From Octopus vulgaris (Eukaryota), in contig OX597827.1 in NCBI GenBank assembly GCA_951406725.2, positions 76,136,001-76,200,000 of the forward strand: a stretch of DNA of 64,000 bases, given 5' to 3'. The stretch's first letter is position 1, and every line of letters starts with the position of its first letter. Of this stretch, positions 36,938 through 53,875 are shown piece after piece. A model generated the notes under the pieces. The model saw only the letters and a list, made by a program, of their open reading frames with translations. It ran no database searches and was not told the origin of the DNA. The translations under genes were made by a program, and so were the position numbers.

Positions 36938-36981
36938 GTATGTATATATATATATATATATAAATACACACACACATATAC

Positions 36982-37028
<47 letters not shown>

Positions 37029-37219
37029 CATATACATATACATATACACACGCATATATAAATGTAAATATGTGTGTATACAGATATGTATGTACATGTA
37101 TATATATGTATATATATATATTTATACATATATATATACATATACATGCATATATGTATGTACACACACACACATATAGTAACCATAAACACACATACAT
37201 ACATTTATATATATGTATG

Positions 37220-37311
<92 letters not shown>

Positions 37312-37400
37312 CATACATATATATATTTATACACCAACATATGTATGTGTATATATGTACCTACATATGTGTGCTATGTGTATAAACATACAGATATACA
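36695..37400. repeat. (TA)n/(CA)n microsatellite block
   Basis: Direct inspection. Confidence 0.9.
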
Positions 37401-37639
37401 TATGGATGTGTGCACATTTTTGAAAAAATTTGTGCAGATTGTGAGAGAGCAAGTAAAAAAAAAAAAACACCAAAAAACCCCCACATTTTCTCTGCTGTTC
37501 AAAACACATTATAATTTATTTTCTGTCCAACACAGATAAGTTTCCAGTCCTCTCTCTCTCTCTCTCCTCGCCTCCATCTTTCCAATCTACCATATCATTA
37601 GCCTTTCAAGCCTACTGGCTGTTATCATCCTTGCACTCT

Positions 37640-37747
37640 TTTATCACTACTACCATCAGCATCAGCATCACCATCACCGTCATCATCATCATCAGCTTCA
37701 TCATCATCATCATCATCACCATCACCATTATCATCACCCTCACCATC

Positions 37748-37800
<53 letters not shown>

Positions 37801-37912
37801 TATCATCACTATCATCACCATCACCATCACCATCATCATCACCATCACCATCTTCATCATCATCATCATCATCATCTTCATCATCACCATCATCACCATC
37901 ATCATCACCATC

Positions 37913-37943
<31 letters not shown>

Positions 37944-38083
37944 CCATCATCACCATCATCACCATCATCATCATCATCATCATCATCACCACCATCACCA
38001 TCACCATCATCATCATCACAGTCATCATCATCACCGTCACCATCATCATCCACATCCACATCATCATCACCATCATCATCATC

Positions 38084-38115
<32 letters not shown>

Positions 38116-38136
38116 CATCACCACCATCACCATCAC

Positions 38137-38173
<37 letters not shown>

Positions 38174-38266
38174 TTCATCATCATCATCATCATCATCATC
38201 ACCATCACCATCTTCTTCTTCATCATCATCACCATCTTCATCATCTTCATCATCATCATCACCATC

Positions 38267-38320
<54 letters not shown>

Positions 38321-38434
38321 TTCATCATCATCATCACAGTCATCATCCCCATCACCGTCATCATCATCATCATTATCATCATCTTCATCATCATCATCAC
38401 AGTCATCATCCCCATCACCATCACCATCATCATT

Positions 38435-38474
<40 letters not shown>

Positions 38475-39350
38475 CCATAACCATCGTCGTTGTCCCCATC
38501 ATCATTACCACTGTCACCATCATCATTATTCTTACCAACAGCATCACTGCCATCACCATCACAACCATCACCATCATCTTTCTGTCACCTCAAGTAATTT
38601 CACTACCACCACCACCACCAACAACTACCACCACCATCACCACCACCAACATGGCTACTATTAGCACTACCATCATCATCATTATCATCTTCGCTACCAC
38701 TGTAACCATCCCCATCACAACTACTACCAACATCCTTACCATCGTTATCAACGTTACCACCATACCCTTCATTCAACTCCATCCCCACCACCTCCATCGC
38801 CTTCATCACCATCATCACCCCCACCTCTGAGCCCCCTCCTGCACCACCTCAATTACCACGATCAGTAAGCACCACCACCACCACCACCACCGCCGCCACT
38901 GATACAATCGCTAGCACCGACACCACCACCTTCACTGCTCTATTCATCACCTTTGTCACCCCACCCCTCCACCAACAGTATAACTACCATCATCATCATC
39001 ATCATCATCATGAGTATAACCACTGCTATCTTCACCTTTGCTGCTCTGCACTCCTCCACCTCACCACCACCTCCGTAAAATAACCTCTACAATAATCATC
39101 ATCATCATTGTCATCAATATCACTAACTACCTTCACCGTCACCACCACCCCACCGTTAACCCCCACCTCCTCCATCACCAGTACATAACCACCGCCGCCG
39201 CCACCGCTATCACGACTATCCCGCCTCCAACATCACCACCACCACCACCACTATACAACAAGCTCCACCACCACCATCACGACCATCCCCAGCGCCGCCA
39301 TCAGAACTATCCCGCCGCCACCGCCATCACCACCAGCACAAATTACTACC
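37640..39350. repeat. Long imperfect (CAT)n/(CAC)n trinucleotide tract
   Basis: About 950 bp of nearly in-phase CAT/CAC/CTT triplets, then degenerate CAC-rich sequence. Confidence 0.95.
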
Positions 39351-39439
39351 ATTCTGTGAATTTGTTTTTTGTTACTTCTCTAAATTCCATTCCTCAATAC
39401 AAGAGAGTCTGTTAGTTCCACACAAGCACACATGAATGT

Positions 39440-42000
39440 CTGTGCGTCGTACAGTCTCTCTTTTGTTAGAACTCCCCTCTTTCAAACCCCGCATCTCATT
39501 CCCTCTCTCTCTCTCTCTTTACCCCCTCACCTCTATATCAATTCCTCTCTATCTAATTTCCATTTTTTTTTTATCTCACTCATCTTCCTTACACGCTTAT
39601 TTTACCCTTTCATTCTTCCCCCTTATTCCTTTTAGTCTCTCTCTTTTACCTTCTCTCTACTCATTACTCTCTATTTTTCTCTATATTTCTCCCTCACTGT
39701 TTCTCTCTTTGTTCCTTTCCCTTTTTTTCCTCTCTATCTTCATCTTTGCCCTATTCTCCCTCCCTCACTTTCTTTATTACACTCTCTCTTCTATCTTAGC
39801 TTTTCTTCTCCTCCCTCTCAGTGTGTCTCTGTTTCTCTCTCTGCCCCATTTCGCCTCTACTCTTTCACTCTCTTTCCATACTTACCCTCTCCTTTTCTCT
39901 AACCATGTCTCTTCCCTTCCTTTCTTATCCCTCTTTTTAATTTCCTCTTGCTTTCCCCCTTACTTCTCTCTCTGGAACAAAAAAAAAAAAATCCTCTCTC
40001 TCCCTCTCTCAATCTATCTACCTATCAATCATTCTCAAACTCCCTATCCTTTCTTCTCTATGCCTTTCTATCTTTCTCCTTACCCTCAACCCAACTTCCC
40101 TTTCTCTTTTCCTTACTTTTTCACTTTCTTTTCCCAATCTCTCTTCGCCCTTTTCTCATCCTTTCTCTCTGCATTCTCTCTCATACACATTCTTATATTT
40201 CCCTCCTACTCTGTCTTGCTTTATCTTTCTCTTCCTCCCTTTTACAAACTTATTTTTTAACCACTCTCTCTCTCTCTCTCTCTCTCTCTTTTCCTTCACC
40301 CCGTCTTTGTCTCTGTTTTCTCCTTTTACCCATTCTCTCTCCCTCTTTCTTTCTATCCTCATTTCCTTATTTTTTGACTTCTTTCCTCCCACCTCCTACT
40401 CTGTACCTATGTTTCTCTCTTTCTCTGTTCCTCACTCTCTATCTCTGCCTTTCCCTCTCTCCTTTTTCTCCTATCTCACTGCCTTATTTTTTTTACACCC
40501 CTCACTCTCTTTTTCCTTCCCTTTCTCTCCCTCTGACACTCTTTATCTTTCTCTTCTCTCCCCCCTCTCTTTCACCTATCTTCCTTTCCCTCTCATCCTC
40601 CCTTTCTCCATTTCTGCGATAAACTGAGTCATTCTGTGTAAAAAAACTAAAACCAAAAACAAAAAAACAAAATAGATAAGAGAAAGGAAAAAAAAATCGG
40701 TAGCAACAACAACAATACAAAACAATAAAAGCAAAGTTTCCGAATAAACTTAAAAAAAGCACCACAGCTCTGGTCTGTCTGTGTGTCACGCTGCTGGGTT
40801 TTTTTTTATTTCTTTTCATTTTTTTATCTACCTCAGCTTCACCTTCTTCACCCTCCTCCCCTTCGTTATCTCTTACTCCCACTCCGACTGTCATCCTCCT
40901 CCTACCTCTAGCCTATCTTTAACCTATCTCTGCGTTGATATTTTTTAACGTTTTTCCTCCCCTTCCCCCTCATATCTTTCTCGCTTTCCCCTCCTTCTCT
41001 ACATCTTGTCTCTCTGACTCTCTCTCTCTCTCTCTCTCTATCAACGTCATTTTTCCCTCTTCTTCTCTGGCCTATCCTTCTCCCCCTTTCTTATATCTAA
41101 GTGTTTTGTTTTCTCCCCTTCCTCCTCCTCCTCTCAAAGTTTCCTTCTACTTTACTCTGTCTACATCACTTAACATGTTTTTTACACACTCTGTCACTTC
41201 CCCCTCTCTTTAAACTTTCTGCTTTTCTTTCTCTCCTTTCTCTTCCTCTCTACCTCTTTCTTTTTCTCCCTCTTCCTCTACACATCTAACTTACTATCAT
41301 GCTTCGTGTTATCCTCTAACTCGCTTTATACTTCTTTTCTCTTTTAGCGACCTTTTTATATTGCTATATATATTTTTTCTTTACAAAAACCAAAAAAAAA
41401 ATTAGAAAAACATCCAGAAAATAACCGTAAAAGAAAAAAACAGAATTTATTTCTTCATTTTTAATTCAAATTTTCCTTCCATTTATTTTTACTGTTTATT
41501 TTATGCTGTCCTTTGGTACTATGTTTTTTTCTGTATTTTAACTCCATCATATTTTTTAACACTCTCCCATTCCTATTCCCTGACTCCTGGTAGAATCTGA
41601 CATCCACTTCGACTTGTATTTCCATCCTTCTTTAGGATAACCCATTCTCTCTCCATTTTCCTCCCCCTCTCTCTCTCTCTCTCTTCTCTATTTTCCTCTC
41701 TTTCTTTATTCTCCTCCCTCCCCACTCTCAATTTTCTTCCATATCTTTCACTCTATTTCCCTCTCTTTCCTCTCACTCTCCGTCACCTCTCCCCCTCTAA
41801 CAAACATCCTACCCTGTCTAAATTTCTCCCCCTTCCTCCTTCTTTCCTCTCATCCCGTACACATATTCTCTATTACTTTTTTTTCAAGCATCTCCCCCAT
41901 TCATATACCCTAACCTAATATTTCTTCCCCTCTCTTTCGTTTCCATCTTTCTCTCTAACTCACCCTCATATTCCCTCCACCTTTCTCAGTCAACTTAACA
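39440..42000. repeat. Polypyrimidine/polypurine low-complexity tract
   Basis: About 2.5 kb strongly C/T-biased on the plus strand, with embedded (CT)n runs and two A-rich interruptions. Confidence 0.9.
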
Positions 42001-42519
42001 AAACAGTCTCACACACACACTTTCCTTACTATAGCCGCCGCCTCCACCACCACAACCACCATCACCACCACACTACTACTACTATTACTACAGCTGCTGC
42101 TACTGATGACCAGGTTCGTTATTAATTACTATAACCGTTATTATTATTATTAGTAGTATATTTTTTTATGTTTATTTACTTTATTATTGTTATTACAATT
42201 CTTCTTATCCTCGTTCCCCGTTGTTCGTATTGTTGTTGTGATTGCTGCTGCTGTTACTGTTGTTCTTCTAAATAGTACCGCAATTCATCTTTCTATTGCT
42301 CTACTGGCCCGTTTCCATGACGTTCTGGTGAGATGGGACATATATATACACATACACACACACACACACGCTCTTTCTCTCTCTCTCTCTTTTTCTCTTT
42401 ATAATATAAATATGTATGTGTATGTATATGTATATATATATATATATACATACACACACACACACACATACCTTATGTACGTACATACACACTTAGCAAA
42501 CATATATATATATAGGCAA

Positions 42520-42550
<31 letters not shown>

Positions 42551-43697
42551 CACAAATATATACATATATATATATGTTATATATAGAGGTGTCACCTCGC
42601 TGTCCACATTGGTTCCCCCTTGCTTCCAAAAACCTACACACGCACACCTCAAGTGGTTTTATAACAGAGGAGGAGGGGAGAGACATGAGCAAAGAAAATA
42701 TTCCAATCCCCCCCCTCCATACACACACACACACACACACATGCTTATATAAATAGACTGTGATATGAATATAAATAGATTCTAATATGAATATAAATAG
42801 ATACTTATATATCAAGCTACTTGCGCAATATTTATTTACAGAGAAGCGAGGTAAGCCTCTTCCGCTAAACCAGGACCGCGTGACGTTGTGGCTATCTCGC
42901 CTCGTGTCAGAATCTAACGTCGCAAATGTCATTCGGAAAGGCATGAATGCCACCACATCCTATCGTACATCTTCATCTTCGTCTTTTTTTCTTCTTCTTT
43001 TAACTTTGAGGACCTTTTTTCTTTTATGTGGTTTGGTCACGATAATCTTAGGTATCTTAGGTATTTTCTGACTACTGATCCCCAAACTCTACAGATTTTA
43101 AATATATACACACGCACACTTTACATACATACATGCATGCATACACGCACATGTATATATAATTCACACAAAGTTTTTTTGGTAGTCGTCCCTTCGTGAG
43201 AATATATATATATGAGGAAGCGTGTGTGTATACATCCATGTGTGTGTGTACCCCTGTTGTACTTTCTTCCCATTTGAAAAGAACGATCGCTAATATACAC
43301 ATACATTACAAATATATACATACACATACATATATCCGTTTATGAGTCAATCTATAGTTTTGTCAGATTATAAAAGTTGGTCAAATATCTTACACCCATC
43401 GTATCTGTCCACATGATAAAGCACAAACCAAAGAGTGAGCTCCTACGTGGTCGTTAAACATGCAAGAAATAGCAGCCATTTCTCATAAATCTGACCCTCT
43501 GTTGAATAAGGACGGGAGGCAGTAAAGAGAGCCTTAAAGAAACGAGATGGTTACAGCTGGAAAACCTAGGATTAAACCTGACATCTGGCTAGAATGTGTG
43601 TGTGTTCGTGTATATGTGTTTACGTGTAAGAAGTATATGTGTGAGCACAATTATATACCTGTGCAAGCATTTGTATATATACGTACATATATTTGTA

Positions 43698-43742
<45 letters not shown>

Positions 43743-43762
43743 ATATATACGTATAAATATAT

Positions 43763-43813
<51 letters not shown>

Positions 43814-44118
43814 TGTTCATTGTATATATGTATATTCACTTTTATTTTGCCTGTTTCAGTCATTGAGCTGCCACCCTATTCGGGGGCACCCCCTTTAAGG
43901 ATTTGGTTGACCAAATCCATCTCATTCTTTATTTTTAAGTCCGAAACCCAATCTGTCCCGTCTGACAGAATTCATTCAAAAAGCATTGGTCAGCTCTGAG
44001 CCATTGTCGAAGATGAGACTGAACCTGGAACCATGTGGTTGTGAAGCGATCATCTTGTTAACCACAGCCATATCTATACCCTTATATACGTACATACATA
44101 CATACATACATATATATA

Positions 44119-45745
<1,627 letters not shown>

Positions 45746-45767
45746 TATATTTATGTGTATATATGTA

Positions 45768-45932
45768 TGAGGGGGTGCTGAAAAGTTCCTGGCTTTAAGG
45801 GTTATTGTGAAAGGCCAGGTTGGAGGCCCAGACTTCCAAATTCTTCTACAGGACGTAGGAAAACTGAAGGCCTGCTGCAATAAGTGTATGAATCTGAGAG
45901 GGGAATATGTTAGATAAAATCATAATTAACTG
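45768..45932 (+). mobile_element. Mariner-derived MITE (family M1), 3'-truncated
   Basis: TA|TGAGGGGGTGCTGAAAAGTTCCTGGC...GAATCTGAGAGGGGAATATGTT. Confidence 0.75.
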
Positions 45933-46509
45933 AGATGATTAAAGATGAACGCAGTGGATGGTGACCTTAGGTGCAGTTTGTAGAGGAAGGTTAAGGAAAT
46001 ATGAATGGGTCAAAGAGGAGGAGGTGGCATGTGGCAGTAAAAGAACAGGGGTAGGGAGCAACAGTATAGTAAAACTGTAGACAAGAAATAGGGATGAAGA
46101 TGCACAGTAACAGAGGCCAAGTCAGTGGTATGTAGGGGTGGAAAGATGGGGGTGGCAGTTGATAGCAAATATGAGAGGATTTTCAGGAGAGAGGGGCATT
46201 CAATGGAAAATAAAATGGTAAGGGACAATATTGAGAATGCAGGATGGGTGAGAAAAGAAATGGTTCCAATGAGAATGATGACCAGTAGTATATAGGGGGA
46301 GGGGGACAGTGAAATATGAGCAGTTTTGCTCTCATGTAATTACAGCAGCTGAATGAATAGTGCCATAGTTAGGAGAGTGATGGAGGTATGAGTGTCGGGA
46401 AGATAGGTTGTGGGAAAGGTTTGACAGAGGTATAGACATAAATGATGTGTTCTTTTGAGCACAGCAAATAGCCAATTGTCTCGGTCTTTGTCATCTTCTC
46501 CATGAGGCT

Positions 46510-46830
46510 CGACTCCATGAAGTCAGTATTCACTCCCACATTTTCCTGGGTCTCCCACTCCCACAGGTTCCATCCACAGTCCATTTATTTATGCAGCTGT
46601 CCTCATCCATATGCATCACCTGACCATACCAACACAGTCTTTTCTTGTGCATGTTACATCTCATGCCTCCTTATGTCCAATTTTTCTCTCAACACATTTG
46701 CACTTTGTTACAAATGCACACTGACATTGTGCATTCAGCAGAGCAGGCTAGCTTCATTTTTTTCCCCTCCTGTTGCATAACCTCTGCATCCATGGCCAGT
46801 GTTTCACTACCATGTAGTATTGCTCCTCCA
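46510..46830 (-). mobile_element. Old RTE-clade LINE ORF remnant
   Basis: Frameshifted minus-strand motifs AILHGSET, VLREKLDI, RLCWYGQVMHMDEDSCI and GTCGSGRPRKMW match the RTE post-RT region (LYGSETW...RLRWYGHVMR...GRPRKTW). Confidence 0.7.
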
Positions 46831-48159
46831 GTTACTGTGTCACTTGATTTGAAGAAGGTCTATCGCAGCTAACAGAATCCCAGTTGCAGCTGTGAAAAGT
46901 TCATCTGACATAGATGAAATTCAAGCTCAGAATACAAAGAGCTGGAATATGCATTGCAACAGACTAAAGTCAATCTGATTTACATATTCAACTGAGCAGC
47001 ACATGATGAGGAGGTTGGCTAGTTTTCTGAATTCAGCAATGCAAATTGTTGGGTCTTTTATGTCACAAACCTTCAAGACTTTTCATCCCTTCTCATTTTT
47101 TTTTGGTATCATATCCATAGCCCTCTTGTGTATTGGTGTAACCATGAGGATGCTGTCCATCATGTCTAAGTTTGTTCTCATTCATTACTGAGTTGGCTTG
47201 CACACAGAAATGGTCTCTCTACTCATCTGTCAGTCCTGACGGTGCATTTGCAGAATTAACTGTTGTATATGACAAGTCTAAATTTAATTATTGTCACATA
47301 GATGCAGGTGAATGGATTTGGTAGACAGAAACTGAAAGAAGCCCGTATATATGTGTATGTATATGTTTGTATGTCTGTGTTTGTCCTCCCAACATCACTT
47401 GACAACCAATGCTGGTGTAGTTATGTCAGTCACTTAGCAGTTCAGCAAGAGACGCCGATAGAATAAGTACTAGGCTTACAAAGAATAAGTCCTGGGGTCG
47501 ATTTGCTTGACTATAGGCGGTGCTCCAGTATGGCCGCAGTCAAATGACTGAAACAAATAAGGGAATATGGCTATGTGGTTGACAAGTCCACTCCCCAACC
47601 AACAAGTTTCAGGTTCGGTCTCACTGTATGGTACGTTGGGCAAGTGTCTACCATATCCTTGGGCCGACCAGAACCTTACGAGCGGACATAGTAGATGGAG
47701 ACTGAAAGAAGCCCACTGTATGTGTGTGTATGTCTAAGTTCATAATTGCCTTGTTTTCATGTCTGTTCCACTGGCTTGTAACTATTGACTTTGCTGATGA
47801 CGTTTGCTTGCAGTCCACTGCAAAAACACGTCTGCACTTCTTGGCATCTTCAGCAAAAGGCTCAATCATAAGGTGTCGTTTGATTTAAGTTTTTCCACAT
47901 ATATAAACACGTACAGGCCATTTAGATGTTTGATATCCTGAGAGCTTATTGTCTCACTTTGAAACGAGTGGACATTGGCAACAGGAAGGGCAGCCAACTC
48001 TAGAATACTCTGCTCCAACATATTCTCATCTTACATGGAAAAGTAGATGTTAAACTGATGATGATGATGATGATGATATTCTATGTTGGTACCTTTATTT
48101 CTTTTTCAACAATATGCTTATTCCATCCATACCGTCACTGTTACCTACCTAAAATAATC

Positions 48160-48362
48160 TCCCCTGGCACCTGTGCCAGTGGCACATAAAAAGCACCCAC
48201 TACACTCGCGGAGTGGTTGGCGTTAGGAAGGGCATCCAGCTGCAGAAACACTGCCAGATCAGACTGGGGCCTGGTGCAGCCTCTTGGCTTCCCAGACCCC
48301 GGTCGAACCGTCCAACCCGTGCTAGCATGGAAAACGGACGTTAAACAATGATGATGATGATG
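48160..48362 (+). mobile_element. Family B retro-element
   Basis: Family B 3' end with (GAT)n tail; an inverted partial copy lies at 48748-48890. Confidence 0.8.
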
Positions 48363-49310
48363 TTCCTCGCTCATGATGGATCTGGCGGCTGAAGCTCCTG
48401 CTCCACCTTACCACTTGTCCACCACCACACATCTCCTCACCTCCACTCCAGCATTTCTACAATGTGTTCGTACTTACCTTTCATTATGCCGACAACCATG
48501 ATGGCAGCCCCTAATGACTTGTACTTGACAAGAAGTGGGAGGTTCCCAGTGCTTGCGGGGGGGATAGGGTGTGAAGTAGGTTGTCTGATGTCAGGTTTCT
48601 CATTTGAAAAGAAGAATGCTTTTGTGATTGCTTGATGATGGATGACTTCTCAGCCTCCGTTATAGACGTTTCCACCTGATCATTCCCCCATTGTACTCAG
48701 AACTAACCTGGCAAGTGTTACTCCTGTTTGCCTGCCTTCTTCCTCTCATCATCATCATCATCATTTAGCATCCGTTTTCCATGCTAGCATGGGTTGGACG
48801 GTTCAACTGGGGTCTGGGAAGCTGGAAGGCTTCATCAGGCCCAGTCAGATCTGGCAGTGTTTCTACGGCTGGATGCCCTTCCTAACGCCATTATATTTGT
48901 GACTGTTAAGGTGGCTTGCCTGGCAGAGTTGTTATTGCTTCGAACAAAATGCTCAGCGGAATGTCTTCTGGCTCCGTATGTTCTGAGTTCAAACGCTGCC
49001 CAGGTCAACTTTGCTTTTTATCCTTACGGGCTCAATAAAATAAGTACCAGTGGAATATGGAGGAAGTTGATGTAATCGACTACCCCTTCCCCTAAAATTG
49101 GTGGGTTTTACCAAAATCTGAATCCAATTAAGGTAGCGAACTGGCTGAATCATTAGTGCGTTTGACAAAATGCTTTGCAGTATTTCTTCGAGCCGTATGT
49201 TCCGAGTTCAAATCCCATCAAGGTTGACTTTGTCTTTTGTCCTTTTAGGTTCGATACAATAAGTACTAGCTGGACACTAGGATCAAACAACCAACAAGCA
49301 AAAACACACA

Positions 49311-49600
49311 CATCATCATCATCATCATCGTTTAACGTCCGTTTTCCGCACTAGCACGGGTTGGACGGTTTGACCGGGGTCTGGGGAGCCAGGGGCTGCT
49401 CCAGGCTCCAGTCTGATCTGGCAGTGTTTCTACAGCTGGATGCCCTTTCTAACGCCAACCACTCCGCGAGTGTAGTGGGTGCTTTTTACGTGCCACCTGC
49501 ACAGGTGCCAGAGAGGTCTGGCATCGGCCACGATCGGTTGGTGCTTTTTATGTGCCACCGGCACAGAAGCTAGTCGAGGCGGTGCTGGCATTGGCCACAT
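49311..49600 (-). mobile_element. Family B retro-element
   Basis: (CAT)n tail on the plus strand and two GGTGCTTTTTA(C/T)GTGCCACC modules. Confidence 0.8.
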
Positions 49601-49688
49601 ACACACAAAAAAAATTCAAGACTTTTACCTACAGTAGAAAAGATTATATTTCTGTGTTGTGATTTTGTTATGGTTTTCATGGTTGGAT

Positions 49689-50065
49689 TTTGGAAGCACT
49701 CCGTCGGTTACGACGATGAGGGTTCCGGTTGATCCGAATCAACAGAACAGCCTGCTCGTGAAATTAACGTGTAAGTGGCTGAGCACTCCACAGACACGTG
49801 CACCCTTAACGTAGTTCTCAGGGATATTCAGCGTGACACAGAAAGTGACAAGGCCGGCCCCTTGAAATACAGGTACAACAGAAACAGGAAGTAAGAGAAA
49901 GTTGTGGCGAAAGAGTACAGCAGGGATCACCACCATCCCCTGCCGGAGCCTCGTGGAGCTTTTATGTGTTTTCGCTCAATAAACACTCACAACGCCCGGT
50001 CTGGGAATCGAAACCGCGATCCTATGACCGCGAGTCCGCTGCCCTAACCACTGGGCCATTGCGCC
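49689..50065 (-). mobile_element. SINE family C, young full-length copy with TSD
   Basis: tRNA-like head GGCGCAATGGCCCAGTGGTTAGGGCAGCGGACTCGCGG...GGTTTCGATTCCC; 12-bp TSD TCATGGTTGGAT (49677-49688 and 50066-50077). Confidence 0.9.
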
Positions 50066-50499
50066 TCATGGTTGGATAACCTTCTAATCATTGACCATCT
50101 TACAGCATAGTGTGTGTGTACTCACTGTGTCACCATTACAAAAGACCTTGTCTGTCATGGCTAAAGATTTCCCTCTACACTGTGTCAATTAGTATTCAGA
50201 ATAGTTCACCTCCAAGACAGCTTATTTCTTCAGCAGTTTGCAGAGTCCATGTCCCCATCATGTAGGTTTCTATTCAGAATTGCTGCTCTTCTACATGGAT
50301 TAGTTCCATTGGTGCACACTTCCTCACGGAGCAGGATTTTTCAGAATTTCTGCTCTCTTAGTCAGATTGCCCTCTTTATGGTTCATGCCCCTCTCTGTTA
50401 ATAATAACACTGGTCAATGTGGTCACACTGTGAATGAAGGAGTGGAGCTGAGGAGTTCACAGTAGGACTGGTATTGATATCTGTGTGTGTGGGTTCGCA

Positions 50500-51062
<563 letters not shown>

Positions 51063-52617
51063 TCACGCATGTATGTATGTGCGTGAGAGAGAAAAGTACT
51101 CTTACTCCCCAAGAGTCACACCCACACATACAGCCGCCTAAACAACCCACACATCATCTCTCTCTCTCTCCTCCTTATATCCTATGTATATACGAGAGGG
51201 AGAGAGAGTTTGTCTCACACTTGGATCTTTGGATTTATAACTATGTGGGTTGGGCGGTAGGCTTTTGTGCTGCAGAGATAAGTGACGCTCACACACACGC
51301 ACACATATTGAAAGTGCAGTAGTCAGATAGATATGGCCACGTACAGTGTAAAACACATACACATTCATATCTACGGTGTGGCACTGTGTAACGAAAATAC
51401 AATATATACTGTCCTGGGGACACATATAAGTACACAGATCCATGCAGAAATATGACAGAACTGAGAGAGAGAGAGAGAGAGAGAGAAACGAGGGGGACAG
51501 CTTAAGACACAGTGGGACCTGCACACGTCCAATACTTCCTTCCTTATTCTCAGGACGGGCCCCCATCACAATACTCCCTCCCCCATTGTAAACATGCTCA
51601 CCTCCACTGCACACACACGAAAAACACCGTGTCTCTCTCCATCCACACACACACACACACACACACACTGACATATACAGGAGCAGCACGACTACCAGCA
51701 TTATTCCAACATCCACCGCATCTGTAACGCCACCACCACCACCGTTACTACATCCACCACTGCTACTACAAATCCACCACCACCACCACCAACACCACCA
51801 CTTTTGCACCCCCACCTTCATCAATTACAGTGCCTTCCTCCTTCCACAGAACCGCCTCTCTCCCTGCCGTCCGACACTACATCCAGCCAGCCATCCAAAC
51901 AACTGCTTCCAATAGAATTATTGTTGTTGTTGTTGTTCTTAGTCAAGGTTCTCCCTCTCTCTCTCAGTCATTCGCTTTCTCTCTCTTCTCACACGCAATT
52001 TCTATCTCTCTTTCTCTTCTCCGCTTCTCACACTCTCAGTCTGTCTCTATTTCTCTATATCCATCGCTCTCTTCCTCCCTCCCTCTCTCTCTCACACACA
52101 CGCAAACAAGGCGGTGAATTAAAGAAAGTAAAACGAAAAAAAAAAAAAACACACCAACAAAAAAAAACCCAGAATAAAATATATAACAAAAATATACAAG
52201 ACAAATCAAAAACACAAAAGCAAGAACTCAAGAAAGAATAGAAACAGAAACAAACTCAAAACAACGTCGACGAGAAGCAGAAAAATTCTTCACTTCCATT
52301 TTTATATTCCTTTTAAAACTAAAAACTAAAAAAACAGCCCAAGAAAAAGCCCCAGTATTTTAAAGAAAGAAGAAAAAAAACAACATTTTCCAAACAACAA
52401 GAACTGCAATAATTGTGACGAGTACAATAGCAATAATAATAGCAATAATAGCAAGTGGAAGAATGGCAAAAACTACAAGAGAAATTATAATAATCCTGAA
52501 GGAATTTTAAAAAAACACAAAAAAGGCGAAATTGATGTGGGAAAAATAACACAAACTAAATGTTAAGATAAATACGTGCGCGCGTGTGTGTGTGTATACA
52601 TACATATATATATACAT

Positions 52618-52655
<38 letters not shown>

Positions 52656-52942
52656 TCATTGATAGTGTTTATATATATATTATATAATATATAATCTATA
52701 GTATATATATATATATATAAATAATATATATATATATATGTATATATATATATTTATATGATTATATAAACATATGATTGATTGTATAATATACAATTGA
52801 TTAGCGTATATATATATATACATATAATTTATTATATAACTTAATGCATTTATATATACTACTCTAATTACATTTATATATATATATATATATAAAGTGA
52901 TATATCAATTAAATCTCGTAGATAATTAATTGATTAAAATAC

Positions 52943-52982
<40 letters not shown>

Positions 52983-53115
52983 AGTTTAAAAGGCAGCTTT
53001 CAGAATCAAAATTTCTTGCACAACAACATTATTCCTCAGGGAACGTCATTCATCCATTGATCCCTTCCAGTCATGAATCCATACAAGAGTTTTGTTTTGA
53101 TCTTTACTTCTTCAG

Positions 53116-53217
53116 GGAGTCTACTCCTTCGCAAACAATGTCCGAGTCGGTCAGTAAACTTCACCGATCCAAGTTCAAGCGCGGGCCTCGCGGGACAGCT
53201 GGACGTACACTTCCTTG
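53116..53217 (+). CDS. Candidate exon of an unidentified gene
   Basis: Acceptor TCTTTACTTCTTCAG and donor G|GTGAGT bound a 102-bp, CpG-rich, non-repetitive segment. ACA-ATG at 53138 gives MSESVSKLHRSKFKRGPRGTAGRTLP; a second frame is also open. Confidence 0.5.
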
Positions 53218-53248
53218 GTGAGTTTACCCACAATCTAAAACATATCTT

Positions 53249-53301
<53 letters not shown>

Positions 53302-53725
53302 ATGTGTAGTGTGTATCTTTACATATTTGAGCTTCTGTCTTATTTTCTCTGTTTTTACCGTCCTTTTATTTCCCATTCACTGATATATTCAAAACTCCGG
53401 CCACATATATGTGTATGTGTGTATAAAATCCTTCTGTACGTATTCGCTGTATGTATTTGGTCACGTATATAATATATATGTAGCTGTTTCTCTGTGTATG
53501 TATAATATACTCACACACACATATTCGTTCCAATCCAGAGCTTTATTCCGTCGCTGCTCAGAGTTTTTCCTTCTATGCGCAATCCTCCTGGAATTTAGGG
53601 GGCGAGCTCCTTTTGTCGACTGAATCTTCCCACTGAGTAGCGACAGAGTGACCCATGGACTTCTCGCGAATGAATAAACTCTTCGTGTACTTTATCCCGT
53701 TTCTACATCCTAATGCGCGCTTGTA

Positions 53726-53760
<35 letters not shown>

Positions 53761-53811
53761 ATATCTATCTATCTATCTATATAGATATATATCTATCTAT
53801 CTATCTATCTA

Positions 53812-53875
<64 letters not shown>

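Noticed and set aside
37612-38830. Poly-Met, poly-Asp and poly-Ile ORFs of 144-399 aa
   Set aside because: Alternative frames of the (CAT)n tract; no splice signals or non-repetitive coding context.
48365-48745. GC-balanced segment between inverted family B tails, with a minus-strand GTAAGT donor
   Set aside because: No convincing ORF or motif; cannot distinguish an old LINE fragment from an exon.
49990-50065. tRNA gene candidates in SINE heads
   Set aside because: A and B boxes are present, but each continues into SINE body sequence and lacks a proper acceptor stem.
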